Notes: generated by a model not told the origin, from the sequence alone. A stretch of DNA of 64,000 nt from a virus (IMGVR_UViG_3300045988_069682:4222-68221); one strand, 5' to 3'; positions 42,899 through 52,290 are shown, counted from the stretch's first letter. A program made the numbers and translations.

Positions 42899-44101
42899 TT
42901 AGCGCTTGATACCGATGATTGCAGCGGAAGCCTTCGGAGCTGCGCATTTGAGGCCCAGCCAAGATTCCAGCATACGCTCATCATAAGAGCCTTTCTTCGG
43001 AATGGGTACGTCGTGGGTGTGTTCAAACCACTTAATACCCCAATAGCCCATATCCATGCAGTAGATGCGGCTATCCGGCAGCATACGATGTGCTTCGGCA
43101 GTCAGTACGCCGTAGTCAGTTTGGATAACGTCGGCAACAAGATTCAGCTTGTTCTTCTTCGCCATATCGCGGTAAGAAGTAGCCTGTGCGATTACCAACT
43201 GGCTGAAAGCGCGTTTCTTGGCGGGGGACATGAACGCATGGGTAGGATTACCGCCGCGGTTGTACGCCATTTCCATTACCGCGTTGAGGTCATCCAGAGT
43301 GTAGTCGACAGTGCCGCCTAAATCCAGTACGTTGTTTTTGATGATTTTAGCGGAAGTGCCAGCAGCACTCGGTTTGACCTGTTCAGCGGCAATGTTCTCA
43401 ACAGCACCTTTTTGGGTGTTGAAGATAGTGAATTTGGTTTTTGGAGTAGCAGCATCGGTGCGGATGTAATAAATGGTCTTAGCGGACAGGCCAGTCGGCA
43501 TGGTTTTGGCAGTGAAATACACAAAATCACCAGTTTCCAAGCCATGCGGTTTGGTGGTAGTGATAGAACCGTCGGTAGTGCCGACAGTTACATCCAACTC
43601 TTGAGTAGCCATGAAGAACGGAACGCCGCCAGTTTTAGCCGGAGTAGTCTTGTTCTGTTCTGCGTTGGTGGTCTCATTGTTTACGAGAGCGTACTCAATG
43701 TCAGCAGCATGTTTGCGGGAGCACTGTTCCAACAGGCGAGCCAGCTCATCCTCGGGGCGGTAAACTTTAGCAACTTTGCGCTGTGCCTCAGTTACATAGT
43801 AGCTGTTTACAAAGCGTTGGCAGTTGTTTTCCAAACCTTCCAGATGGCCGATTTCCTTGGAGGAATAATCCTCTTTTTCCAAGTGGGCGTTCTCACCGGG
43901 CGGCTGCAAACCTTCGGTTAACCAGCTAAATTTCAGAGTGGTTGCATCTTCCTCGGAGCCGAAGCGGTTGAGGAACAGAGTAACCTCGGGGTCGATGTTG
44001 GTAATTACGCTGCTCATATCCTCAGCATGGCCAATCGCATCAGAGGTATGGGATTGGGAAGTGCTGTAGGAAAGAGAACGTGTTACGTCGTTAATTGCCA
44101 T
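42899..44101 (-). CDS. major capsid protein (HK97-fold, DUF5309/SU10-like pattern)
   Basis: 400 aa, downstream of the scaffold. N-terminal ...VITNIDPEVTLFLNRFGSEEDATTLKFSWLTEGL is typical of this capsid family. Confidence 0.7.
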   Translation of the reverse strand: MAINDVTRSLSYSTSQSHTSDAIGHAEDMSSVITNIDPEVTLFLNRFGSEEDATTLKFSWLTEGLQPPGENAHLEKEDYSSKEIGHLEGLENNCQRFVNSYYVTEAQRKVAKVYRPEDELARLLEQCSRKHAADIEYALVNNETTNAEQNKTTPAKTGGVPFFMATQELDVTVGTTDGSITTTKPHGLETGDFVYFTAKTMPTGLSAKTIYYIRTDAATPKTKFTIFNTQKGAVENIAAEQVKPSAAGTSAKIIKNNVLDLGGTVDYTLDDLNAVMEMAYNRGGNPTHAFMSPAKKRAFSQLVIAQATSYRDMAKKNKLNLVADVIQTDYGVLTAEAHRMLPDSRIYCMDMGYWGIKWFEHTHDVPIPKKGSYDERMLESWLGLKCAAPKASAAIIGIKR

Positions 44102-44160
44102 TAATTTTTCACCTCATTAAAAAATTTTATTTAACAAAACCGCATAGCCTCGGGGGTAGC

Positions 44161-45414
44161 TTATTGGTTTCTGTTACGGATAAACTCGGCCAGCCATGCG
44201 CGGCGGCCTCTTACATCAGATTTTGCCAGAGCACTGTAGTCCGGCACATATACACTGTTAACATCTCTGCCGTCGCCAGCTCGTTCAACAGTCGGCGGGC
44301 GATTGACAGCTCTCGGGGTTGCGCCCAAGCCGTTCTTCTGCATATAGAACATTTTGCGTGTATCTTCATAATAGTTGCGAAGAACCTCTGTCTGGGCTTC
44401 GTTGATAGTGCCGTTCTGCAAAGCTTGCAGCACAGGCACAATCACTTGCGCCTGTTTATAGGTCAAATCATTCACACGAGTCAGCAACATGCGGTCGATA
44501 GCGTCGAAGTTCGGCTCTTTTGCGCGTTGCTCTTCTGTAAACTGGTTGATGCCAGCATAGACAGCTTCCTGCCTCTGGCGCTGTGCCTGTTCGTCTGCAT
44601 AGCGGTTCTGCATCTTGGCCATAAGGTCTTGGCGATGCCACTCCTTAGCCAGTTTGTAGTTGATGAGCTTCGGGTCGTCATCGTCCATGAGGTCGAGGTT
44701 TTCAATATCCTCTTCACTCAGACCAGCATCCTGTTGAGCGCGCGCATCAGCCTCTTTGTCGAGGCCTGTCAGAAACTCTCTCATCTGCTCTTGGCGGGTT
44801 TCCGGATTCATCTGCGCTTCAATCTCAGCGCGACGTGCTGCTTCCTGCTGGGCGATAGCTCTTTGCTGTGCATTGTGAGCTTGAACAGCTTGGCCGATTT
44901 TCCAATCAGCATATTGACGTTGGTATTCCTGCGGAACACGTTTCTCGTCAACATAGCCTGTTGCGATTGCGTTGGAAAATTCGTCAAGAGTATAAGCAGG
45001 AAGCTGTTGGTTGAACTGTTGGCCAATCTGCTGCGGAGCATCTGTCAGCTTCGGCTGATTGGTATCAGCACCAAATATGTTAGGTTCTTGGGCAACTTCT
45101 TCGTTTTTTGGCGGTTCAGTCAACGGACTGGGCTTCAAATGTGTTTTTCCGTCCTCACCTTTGACTAAAACATAGCCTTGAGTACCTTCTGAGTTCTTTG
45201 CAGCAGCGATAATTTGCTGATTGCCGCTCTCGCGCGTTTGCAGCCCTTCTGAGCGATTTTCCGTGTTTGCGCTAGTGTTTGTATTCACTGGTGTATTTGG
45301 AACGCTCTGAGAGGATTCTACGCTGTCAACATTTGGTTGACTTGTAGAAATTGTGTTTGTTTGTGGTGTGGAAGCAGAAAAATCGCTTCCAGCACCGCCA
45401 AATTCGTCAGCCAT
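44161..45414 (-). CDS. scaffolding protein
   Basis: 417-aa Q/E/A-rich coiled-coil protein between the portal and the capsid. Confidence 0.6.
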   Translation of the reverse strand: MADEFGGAGSDFSASTPQTNTISTSQPNVDSVESSQSVPNTPVNTNTSANTENRSEGLQTRESGNQQIIAAAKNSEGTQGYVLVKGEDGKTHLKPSPLTEPPKNEEVAQEPNIFGADTNQPKLTDAPQQIGQQFNQQLPAYTLDEFSNAIATGYVDEKRVPQEYQRQYADWKIGQAVQAHNAQQRAIAQQEAARRAEIEAQMNPETRQEQMREFLTGLDKEADARAQQDAGLSEEDIENLDLMDDDDPKLINYKLAKEWHRQDLMAKMQNRYADEQAQRQRQEAVYAGINQFTEEQRAKEPNFDAIDRMLLTRVNDLTYKQAQVIVPVLQALQNGTINEAQTEVLRNYYEDTRKMFYMQKNGLGATPRAVNRPPTVERAGDGRDVNSVYVPDYSALAKSDVRGRRAWLAEFIRNRNQ

Positions 45415-45435
45415 TGGTTTTACCTCCTAAAAAAA

Positions 45436-45726
45436 TCAGCCTTGTGTCTGTAATTGAACCAAGGCTTTCTCTTTCTGCTTGCCAGTGGCCGCTGCGTGTT
45501 GCAACATTTCAACCAAACGACAGACTGCTCTGTAGTCGCTTCGGTGTCTTTCAATGTCTCCGTAGCTTAACGCCGCTTCAAGCATTTTTTCATCCGCTTC
45601 TTTTTTTAAGCGGAACGCATATTTATACACCGCCTCAGCATCTTCTCCGTCGACGATGAAGTCGCGGAGAAGGTCGATGCGAGATTCGGCAGCTTTAATA
45701 ACTTTAGAGTTATTGCGCTTAATCAT
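45436..45726 (-). CDS. hypothetical protein (96 aa)
   Basis: Its ATG overlaps the portal stop (ATGATTAA). It is the C-terminal part of track ORF 45436..46044. Confidence 0.5.
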   Translation of the reverse strand: MIKRNNSKVIKAAESRIDLLRDFIVDGEDAEAVYKYAFRLKKEADEKMLEAALSYGDIERHRSDYRAVCRLVEMLQHAAATGKQKEKALVQLQTQG

Positions 45727-47953
45727 TATTGAGCACCTCATGTTCTGCGATTGCTCGCTCGGTTGTACTAATGCCAAGTTTATCTTTAAGATACTGACGC
45801 TGCACATCGGGCGGCAAATCTGTAAGATTGATATTGAGACGCGGAATGGAGTATTTTGCGATAGACAGTTGCAAGCTGTTCTGCAATGCTTCGGCCTGTG
45901 CCTGTGCCTGTGCCTGTGCTTGAGCCTGTGCCTGTGCCTGTGCTTCTTCGCTCTCGGGGTCGAGCAGATATTGGGAAACATCTCGCAAGCCCAATGCTTC
46001 CAGAAGTTTGCATACAAGGTTGTACCAGCTCTTCGCATTCGCAATACCGAAGTTTGCGAGCTGCGGATAAATCTGGTTGAGCACCAGCATCAGATACTGA
46101 ATCTGTGCTTCTCTTGTGCCAGCGCCCTGTCCGACGTTGACAATCAAATCATAATCTACATCCAAATCCTCTTTCTTAATAGAAAGCGTCTTGTTGGTCA
46201 ATCGAATCATCTGCTCATCTTCCAGATACTTTTGATTCAACAGGATGATGAACTTGTAAATCGGAATAAAAAATTTCTCTGCAATGCTTCGCGCAACCAT
46301 TTTGTTGCGCTTCTCTGCCATACCAAGAATAGCGGTAATGCCAGTTGCAGTAGAGTTCAGAGAGTTGCTGTCAAGGCCTTGGTTGTATCTGGTGCTGCCG
46401 CTCTGGCTCTCAATCTCAGTCTGAGCGTAGTTGATAACATCCATAGAAACGCTGGACAACGGCAGCGACGGCGGAATAAAGACAGATTCTGTCGGGGCGT
46501 TCTGCGTCGGGATGATTTCCTCGCCATTGAACAGTGCATCTACGTCTACCTTGCGTTCATCGACAAAAACACGCGGAGCGTTGTTTTTCGCCACGTTAGT
46601 GATAATCTGACGCATAACAGCAGTCTTTAAATCCTGCTGCTGTTCCAGCATATCAGTAAAAGAATCACGGTTAAACACAGCGTTCGGGTCGTAGACCGCA
46701 CTGCAAACAAAGAATGGTGGGAATCCGTAGTCGTTTTCTACGATGCGGATTGGTTGGTCGCCTACAGCATGAACGATGATGTTCTCGTAGATGCCGTCAT
46801 TATTCCAATCCACTTGCATGTAGGCCTCGTAAAGCTCAACCTCTTTGGATGCCAAGTCATTATCTGTCGGACGTTTAGCCCTGTCAGCTCTGTCTCTGTC
46901 ATTGACATAATCCAGAGTGGTAGGCTCGGTATTGCCCGAGGTGTATTCCTTGAGCGCTTTGTCGATGTTCTGATAAATGCCGTCTTTTTCACGCTGCTTC
47001 AAATAGCTGCCGCGTACGACCTTGCGATGTGCAACGAACTTACAGTCCTGCAAATCTGGAGCATCTGGAGTGTAGCGCAGCTCTGATGTAGGGACATACT
47101 CTACAACAGGATGGTTGCTCTTGACCTTCACAAGGTCGTAAGTAACTTTGGTAAGGTCTGGCGCGCCTTCAATATCCTCGAATTTCATATTCTCGATATT
47201 GCCGCCGCCGACACCTTCCATAAGTCCCAGAATCTGCGTCATATCGTTCAAGTCAAGCATGAACTGCATCTGCTTGCGTTCTTCTTCGCGCTTCCACCAT
47301 ACCTTAGCAATACAGAAGTTCTGGCTTAAAGCGAAATTCAGCTCAGTCTGGCAGAAATGATACCAGTCATTCTTCTTTTCAAGCTGATAACGTACAAGTT
47401 CCTGCACCTTGGATGCAACCTCATCGTCATCGACATTCACGCCTTTGACGGAAAGCGGTGCATCTGTACCGCAGAACGCTTCCATAAGGCCTGTCAGAAT
47501 CCACTGGCAAGAGGTCTTTACATCCTTGGAAACCCAGTTACTTGTTTCCGAAAGTCTTGGAAAACGCTTTTTGTAATATTCCTCGTCAGCTTCGTAAATA
47601 TCTCTGCGATGCAGGATTTTCGGCTCGATAATCTGCTTGTACTGCGAATCCGCAATATCACGGCAGCTCTCGAACGCTCGCATGATTTTTTCTTTCTGAG
47701 ATTTTGTCAAAGTATCGAGCGACAAGGCTTTATCCTTTGCCTCACTCTGTGCTTTGAGCATTTCCAGTGGGGACGGCGGTTGCTCTGTTCCCGGCTGGAT
47801 TACGCCAGTCTGCGGCTGCTCCGGCAATGTACCACCCGTCATCATGTCGACCGCCCCTTGGTTTAAACCGAATTGAGGGTTGGTCGCTTGCCATGCGCTT
47901 CGATGGACTTCGCTGTTTGCAGCAGCAGCCAGCTTATCGTTTAAGTCTGGCAT
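45719..47953 (-). CDS. portal protein
   Basis: 744 aa, located between the terminase and the scaffold. C-terminal (AQ)8 tract. Confidence 0.7.
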   Translation of the reverse strand: MPDLNDKLAAAANSEVHRSAWQATNPQFGLNQGAVDMMTGGTLPEQPQTGVIQPGTEQPPSPLEMLKAQSEAKDKALSLDTLTKSQKEKIMRAFESCRDIADSQYKQIIEPKILHRRDIYEADEEYYKKRFPRLSETSNWVSKDVKTSCQWILTGLMEAFCGTDAPLSVKGVNVDDDEVASKVQELVRYQLEKKNDWYHFCQTELNFALSQNFCIAKVWWKREEERKQMQFMLDLNDMTQILGLMEGVGGGNIENMKFEDIEGAPDLTKVTYDLVKVKSNHPVVEYVPTSELRYTPDAPDLQDCKFVAHRKVVRGSYLKQREKDGIYQNIDKALKEYTSGNTEPTTLDYVNDRDRADRAKRPTDNDLASKEVELYEAYMQVDWNNDGIYENIIVHAVGDQPIRIVENDYGFPPFFVCSAVYDPNAVFNRDSFTDMLEQQQDLKTAVMRQIITNVAKNNAPRVFVDERKVDVDALFNGEEIIPTQNAPTESVFIPPSLPLSSVSMDVINYAQTEIESQSGSTRYNQGLDSNSLNSTATGITAILGMAEKRNKMVARSIAEKFFIPIYKFIILLNQKYLEDEQMIRLTNKTLSIKKEDLDVDYDLIVNVGQGAGTREAQIQYLMLVLNQIYPQLANFGIANAKSWYNLVCKLLEALGLRDVSQYLLDPESEEAQAQAQAQAQAQAQAQAEALQNSLQLSIAKYSIPRLNINLTDLPPDVQRQYLKDKLGISTTERAIAEHEVLNND
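45896..45943. repeat. hexanucleotide tandem repeat (8 units) encoding (AQ)8 in the portal
   Basis: CTGTGC x4, TTGAGC, CTGTGC x3 on the plus strand. Confidence 0.9.
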
Positions 47954-47967
47954 GAATTATCACCGCC

Positions 47968-48252
47968 TTAACCAAAGAACTCTGTCAGCACGCAGTCGCC
48001 GCCAATAACATAAAAGTTTTGACGTGCGGTTGGCAGCACTGGCAAAGTATAGGTTGTGCCAGCCTTAATCAGCAAGCCTTCGCCAGCCTTGACACTCTTG
48101 TCGCCAAGATAAATGTCAGCCTCGCCAGCGGTAATTGCCAAGCCGATGCGACCGCCGCGCATATTGGTGAAAACCTCAGTGCTTGCAGCAGGAGTTGCAC
48201 TGCTGGCGCTCAGTTTAGTAGTTTTGATTTCCTTTGCTGGACATAAAAGCAT
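47968..48252 (-). CDS. hypothetical small beta-rich protein
   Basis: 94-aa ORF between the terminase region and the portal. Confidence 0.5.
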   Translation of the reverse strand: MLLCPAKEIKTTKLSASSATPAASTEVFTNMRGGRIGLAITAGEADIYLGDKSVKAGEGLLIKAGTTYTLPVLPTARQNFYVIGGDCVLTEFFG

Positions 48253-48266
48253 ATGTTATTCCTCCG

Positions 48267-48734
48267 TCAATCATACTTCATGCGCTCACGCATCATGTTG
48301 TAGAGCCATTCCTCACGTCTGCGGCGGTCGTAATAATCATCCGTATAGCCTTGGCTCTGATAGTCAAACGGCACACGGGCTGCTTTGTCGCTCAGCCTTG
48401 TAGCAGGAATACCCATACGTCTTGCATAACCCGTAGGCTGCGGATAGCCTTGCTCATCGCGGACAGCCTCTGGATGGTAATAAGGCCCACCAAGGCTCTC
48501 AGCATACACAGGCATACCTCTATTAGCATACTGGCTGTCATCTGCATAATAGCGAGAGTATGTCGGGTCTTGCGGCACGTGCTTATCATAATTAAACCGT
48601 TCTCCTAATCTTGGAATATCCTTATATTGCGGAGCTGCCCCGTATGCTGCATAAGAAGCATATTCATCAGGTGCAAGTTCTACTCCAAAGGCTTCTCCGA
48701 ACTCGCCTCTTGCTCTGTTTTTTTCTTTGGTCAT
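48267..48734 (-). CDS. Tyr-rich hypothetical protein
   Basis: Start MTKEKNRARGEF just after the TerL stop. Contains many Y/P/G residues. Confidence 0.5.
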   Translation of the reverse strand: MTKEKNRARGEFGEAFGVELAPDEYASYAAYGAAPQYKDIPRLGERFNYDKHVPQDPTYSRYYADDSQYANRGMPVYAESLGGPYYHPEAVRDEQGYPQPTGYARRMGIPATRLSDKAARVPFDYQSQGYTDDYYDRRRREEWLYNMMRERMKYD

Positions 48735-48745
48735 TAGCTTTTTCC

Positions 48746-50092
48746 TCACAATCTGCCGTATTTTCTTACCTGTCCCAGCTTCTTTGCCCGCTGGTACAGG
48801 TTTTTTCTTGCGAAAGACACAGGATAAGCAAAGGTCAGACACAGCGCGTCAGCCATATCTGGCGAACGTCCTGTCTTATCTTTGATGCTTTCCTTGCTTT
48901 CAAGTTTGATTCTGTTCATGCCGTCAAAGGTATATTCGGGCATCGACAGCTCAGTGCGCAGGTTCGGGTCATACGGCAATGAACCGCCCTGTTCAAGCCA
49001 CTGTCGGCAACCATCCCACATTTCGGCACGTTTATTCATATAGCGCGTGTCCTCGATAGCCTTGCCGCCAAAGGGAACTTCTACGACTCCCTTGTAGCCA
49101 ATCTGACGCAAGCGGTCGATAACACCCTCGCCACGGCCAGCATCAATAAACACCGTATCTGGCCCCCAATCGTCAATCTCTCTGGCGATGATTCCGGCAA
49201 AGGTCATGTTGTCGACTTCTTTGCAGACAATCGGCTCAAAGGTCATCAGACCTTGGCGTTTGAAGATTACGCAGCTATCGTCACCGAAACGGGCAACGTC
49301 GACACCCATAACCTTGGGCATATCCTTGTAATCCTCTTCCTGCAAATCTCTTTCCATTGCCGCGTTGATAGAATCCAGCGAGATAAGGCGGTTATAAGCG
49401 TTCGCAGCAAAGTCACAGTACAGCTCCTGCCGTATCTCCGTCTTTGTCATTTCACGCTTCATGTCCTCAAGTTCTTCCGGAGGAATAATACCTGTTTCAT
49501 CTACCGTGTACAGGCAGGAGAACCAGTTGTTGTTCTTCTGTGCCTGTAAGTAAATGTCGTAGAACTGATTCTGCCCTTTGGGAGTACCAATAAAAACAGC
49601 CCAGCCGTGTCGGTCTGATAAGGCTGGTCGGATGACCTCGCCCCACAGCTCTTTACGTATCTGGGCATATTCGTCTATTACTACACCGTCCCAGTACGTA
49701 CCACGAAGGCCGTCCGGTCGGTCAGCACCAATGATATAAATTCTCGCTCCACGAGCATCTTTATGGTAGCTCGGGAACTCTACATACAGCTCGCTCTCGT
49801 TGACTTTTCTGTCGGGAATCCCCGCAGTATACCGCTTCAAGTAGTCCCATGCAATCATCTTCGCCTGTTTCAAGAACGGCGCAAGATATGCGTAGTTCGG
49901 TGAAGGGTATTTCGTCATCGTCAGAGCCTTCTTGATGAGGTGGTTGACACTGCCCACGCTCTTTCCGAAACGGCGGTGCGCTACAATTACCGCAAACCTG
50001 TACTGTTCAAGATTAGGATGCAGAACATCCCTCCAGAACGGTCTGGGAGTGTACGGAATTGTAATGACCTTGGCATCAGCAGCAACCGTCAT
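48746..50092 (-). CDS. terL: terminase large subunit
   Basis: Walker A-like VAHRRFGKS and Walker B-like VVIDEYA, plus a C-terminal nuclease-like region. Follows TerS. Confidence 0.85.
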   Translation of the reverse strand: MTVAADAKVITIPYTPRPFWRDVLHPNLEQYRFAVIVAHRRFGKSVGSVNHLIKKALTMTKYPSPNYAYLAPFLKQAKMIAWDYLKRYTAGIPDRKVNESELYVEFPSYHKDARGARIYIIGADRPDGLRGTYWDGVVIDEYAQIRKELWGEVIRPALSDRHGWAVFIGTPKGQNQFYDIYLQAQKNNNWFSCLYTVDETGIIPPEELEDMKREMTKTEIRQELYCDFAANAYNRLISLDSINAAMERDLQEEDYKDMPKVMGVDVARFGDDSCVIFKRQGLMTFEPIVCKEVDNMTFAGIIAREIDDWGPDTVFIDAGRGEGVIDRLRQIGYKGVVEVPFGGKAIEDTRYMNKRAEMWDGCRQWLEQGGSLPYDPNLRTELSMPEYTFDGMNRIKLESKESIKDKTGRSPDMADALCLTFAYPVSFARKNLYQRAKKLGQVRKYGRL

Positions 50093-50603
50093 CAGAGGTG
50101 CTTTCTACCGTCTCGGGTGCCGGGGGCAATACCCCCTCTTTCTCCACGGGTGACGCTTTAGTGTCAATCACATCACCAGCGTTCTCAGCCCAGCCAAATA
50201 CCAATGGCTGACCATCGCCGCTTGTAAGCTGACGTGTGCTCTTTTCTTCCCATCCGGCATTGTTCTTCAACGCAAACATAATACCAGTAGGAGCCTTCGA
50301 GTACACCAGCTTGCCCTCAAGATAGTCCTCAAGCCTCAGCTTTGCATCAGCCAAAATGGTGTTGTAGGCTTCGTCCCTCTTGTTCACATAGTCCAGCATC
50401 TGACCACGGCTCTGGAATCCCAAATATCTGGCAAGACCGCTGTATGTGGGCGGTTTTCGCTCTTTAATCTTCAGCTCCCCAGTCCTCGGGTCAATCACTT
50501 CCGGCAAGCAGTAGTCGAAATACTCTCTGACTTTGTTTGCCATGCTCTGAGGTGTGGGGTACATCGTTACAATGCTGCCACCAGCACCAAACAAATCACT
50601 CAT
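50076..50603 (-). CDS. terS: terminase small subunit
   Basis: Start MSDLFG with an AAGGAGGAAT RBS. KPPTYSGLARYLGF...AKLRLEDYLEGKL...GIMFALKNNAGWEE pattern. Confidence 0.7.
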   Translation of the reverse strand: MSDLFGAGGSIVTMYPTPQSMANKVREYFDYCLPEVIDPRTGELKIKERKPPTYSGLARYLGFQSRGQMLDYVNKRDEAYNTILADAKLRLEDYLEGKLVYSKAPTGIMFALKNNAGWEEKSTRQLTSGDGQPLVFGWAENAGDVIDTKASPVEKEGVLPPAPETVESTSDDGCC

Positions 50604-50795
50604 AACCAATTCCTCCTTGTTGTTGTCGTTGTTGTTGTTGTATTTTAAAAGCCTCGTACACACTATACGGAGGCTGATACAGTGCTAATCGTACAAGGCT
50701 CTTAAAAGCATTAAAAAAGCACTGTAATTTCTTACAGTGCTAATAATAAACAGTGCTATGTAGGTACTGTGTAAGTCTAGGTACTTATTGTTTTA

Positions 50796-50818
50796 CCCCT
50801 ACCCCTATACCCTACCCC
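50796..50818 (-). other. G-quadruplex-type motif (G-rich on the minus strand)
   Basis: The minus strand reads GGGG-TA-GGG-TATA-GGGG-TA-GGGG in an otherwise AT-rich spacer. Confidence 0.5.
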
Positions 50819-51163
50819 TTGTTTTGTAGAGAATTAAAACGTAGAGTGTTGAATTAAACTCTTGTATCTAAGTGTTTAATAATTAAGCTTTAGTTTTAAC
50901 CTGACTAGATATACCATGTAACCTAAACCCCAACCAGCAAGAGGTACTTACTCACCTCGGGGGCGGGGGCGTGCCCAGGCGAAAAGCTTATAGAATTTAC
51001 GTCCGATAATACACGTTATGTTATATTTCGTATAACTTTAGCATTACTGTCCTTCTGTAAAGAACTTTAGTGGTTAACAGTGAGAGTTTAGTTAATACTA
51101 ACTATATACCGTATTCTCCTAAATAGCGGCACAACTTACATACTCTAATCTACTAACCATTTA

Positions 51164-51265
51164 TGTAGAACTCTAGAGTACAATATAACTGAGTAAGTTA
51201 GCCGAGTTTGCTAACTTACTCTATACTAGATTGTACTTAATCAGTAGTTCTCTTACAGTTCTACA
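51164..51265. other. ~100-nt extended imperfect hairpin
   Basis: Nested pairings: TGTAGAACT with AGTTCTACA, AGTACAAT with ATTGTACT, and GAGTAAGTTAGC-N7-GCTAACTTACTC. Confidence 0.6.
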
Positions 51266-51400
51266 AGCTGCTTCCCGTTGTGATTATTATACCACACAAT
51301 CGAAGTGCTTATTCTCAAAATAAGCAAAAATTTTATATCGAACTACTATTGCAGTGTAGCTGTAAATACCAGGCTAAACTACAGAGAAACGCCGAATGGC

Positions 51401-51470
51401 GGCGAAAATCCGCCAAAAACGGCGAAAATCCGTCAAATTTGCGTTTTTCCTGCCGTCGTGGCATGATATG
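51401..51470 (+). promoter_or_regulatory. candidate early promoter with two GGCGAAAATCCG repeats
   Basis: 12-mers at 51401-12 and 51421-32 (20-bp phasing). TTGCGT at 51439-44, a 17-nt spacer, then TG-n-CATGAT at 51459-67. Confidence 0.4.
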
Positions 51471-51543
51471 GGCAACGGCAACGAAGCCAGCTGATTGAGA
51501 GCTGGTAAGTTAGCTAGAGAGTTTATAAGAAAGAGTGATAATT

Positions 51544-51891
51544 ATGATTAGTGTTAAGAAAATGGGTTTGGTCGTTCCTGAAGTTGAGAAGAAGGAGAAA
51601 GCACCTTCTAAGGCTATTTATAATCGCAAAGTCTTGGCAGATGTCCCCAACTGCATGAAATCCCAATACTGGGAGCAGGTTGGCTGTGATGTATATGCAG
51701 CCGGTGGCATTCTTGGTTTTAAGACTAGCAGCAAAGACGGTATCGTCTTTGCTGGCTATGATACCGAACAGCAGGCTTTCGAGCTTATTCAGAAGATGGC
51801 TAAGCTTGAGATTTATGGCTGCTGGAATATTGTCCAGCATATTGAGACTGGCAAGTTCATGGTTGTTCCGGCTATGAAATATAGCAAATAA
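51544..51891 (+). CDS. early hypothetical protein
   Basis: First ORF of the rightward operon. The start is ambiguous (GTG 51535, ATG 51544 or ATG 51562). Confidence 0.5.
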   Translation: MISVKKMGLVVPEVEKKEKAPSKAIYNRKVLADVPNCMKSQYWEQVGCDVYAAGGILGFKTSSKDGIVFAGYDTEQQAFELIQKMAKLEIYGCWNIVQHIETGKFMVVPAMKYSK

Positions 51892-51902
51892 CCCGACCAG
51901 GC

Positions 51903-51945
51903 AAGGCGCAGGGATATACTCCCTGCGCCTTAATTATTTTTTTAT
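51903..51945 (+). terminator. intrinsic terminator
   Basis: AAGGCGCAGGG-N7-CCCTGCGCCTT followed by a T-rich run. Confidence 0.75.
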
Positions 51946-51974
51946 TTTTTTATTTTTTTAGGAGGTATTTAATT

Positions 51975-52277
51975 ATGACTAAGCAGGAAATTGAGAACGA
52001 AATTAAACGTTCTCTTAGTGTTGATGTATGTGAACAGATTCTCTCTGAGGATTCTGTAAGTGAAGATATTAAACTTAAAGTAGACCGTATTCTTTGGTTT
52101 ATTGATGAGGGAGAAAGAATTCTCATTGGTTATCCTAACGAGAAACTTAGAGAGGCTTATGAAAAAGACCTTGAAGAGTGCTACAAAACGCTTGTAGACC
52201 TCGCTATGGAAGAACTGCGTAAGCAAGGCAAAATAGACCTTGCTTTAGAGGAGTGGCGTAAACACGTCGAACTCTAA
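51975..52277 (+). CDS. early hypothetical protein (acidic)
   Basis: GGAGGT RBS. 100 aa. Confidence 0.6.
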   Translation: MTKQEIENEIKRSLSVDVCEQILSEDSVSEDIKLKVDRILWFIDEGERILIGYPNEKLREAYEKDLEECYKTLVDLAMEELRKQGKIDLALEEWRKHVEL

Positions 52278-52290
52278 GGCGAATGACCAT

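Noticed and set aside
44095-46630. Long plus-strand ORFs (357 aa and 324 aa) antisense to the scaffold and portal
   Set aside because: They have no RBS and low-complexity L/C/F/S-rich products. The sense strand carries a tightly coupled portal/scaffold/capsid gene series.
50796-50818. CCCTA-type repeats as linear-plasmid/phage telomeres
   Set aside because: There are only four short units in the middle of a continuous sequence. There is no protelomerase gene and no large palindrome of the telRL type.
51280-52226. ORFs 51280..51498 (+), 51523..51840 (-) and 51969..52226 (-)
   Set aside because: They have no RBS. They overlap promoter and repeat elements, or are antisense to well-supported early genes.
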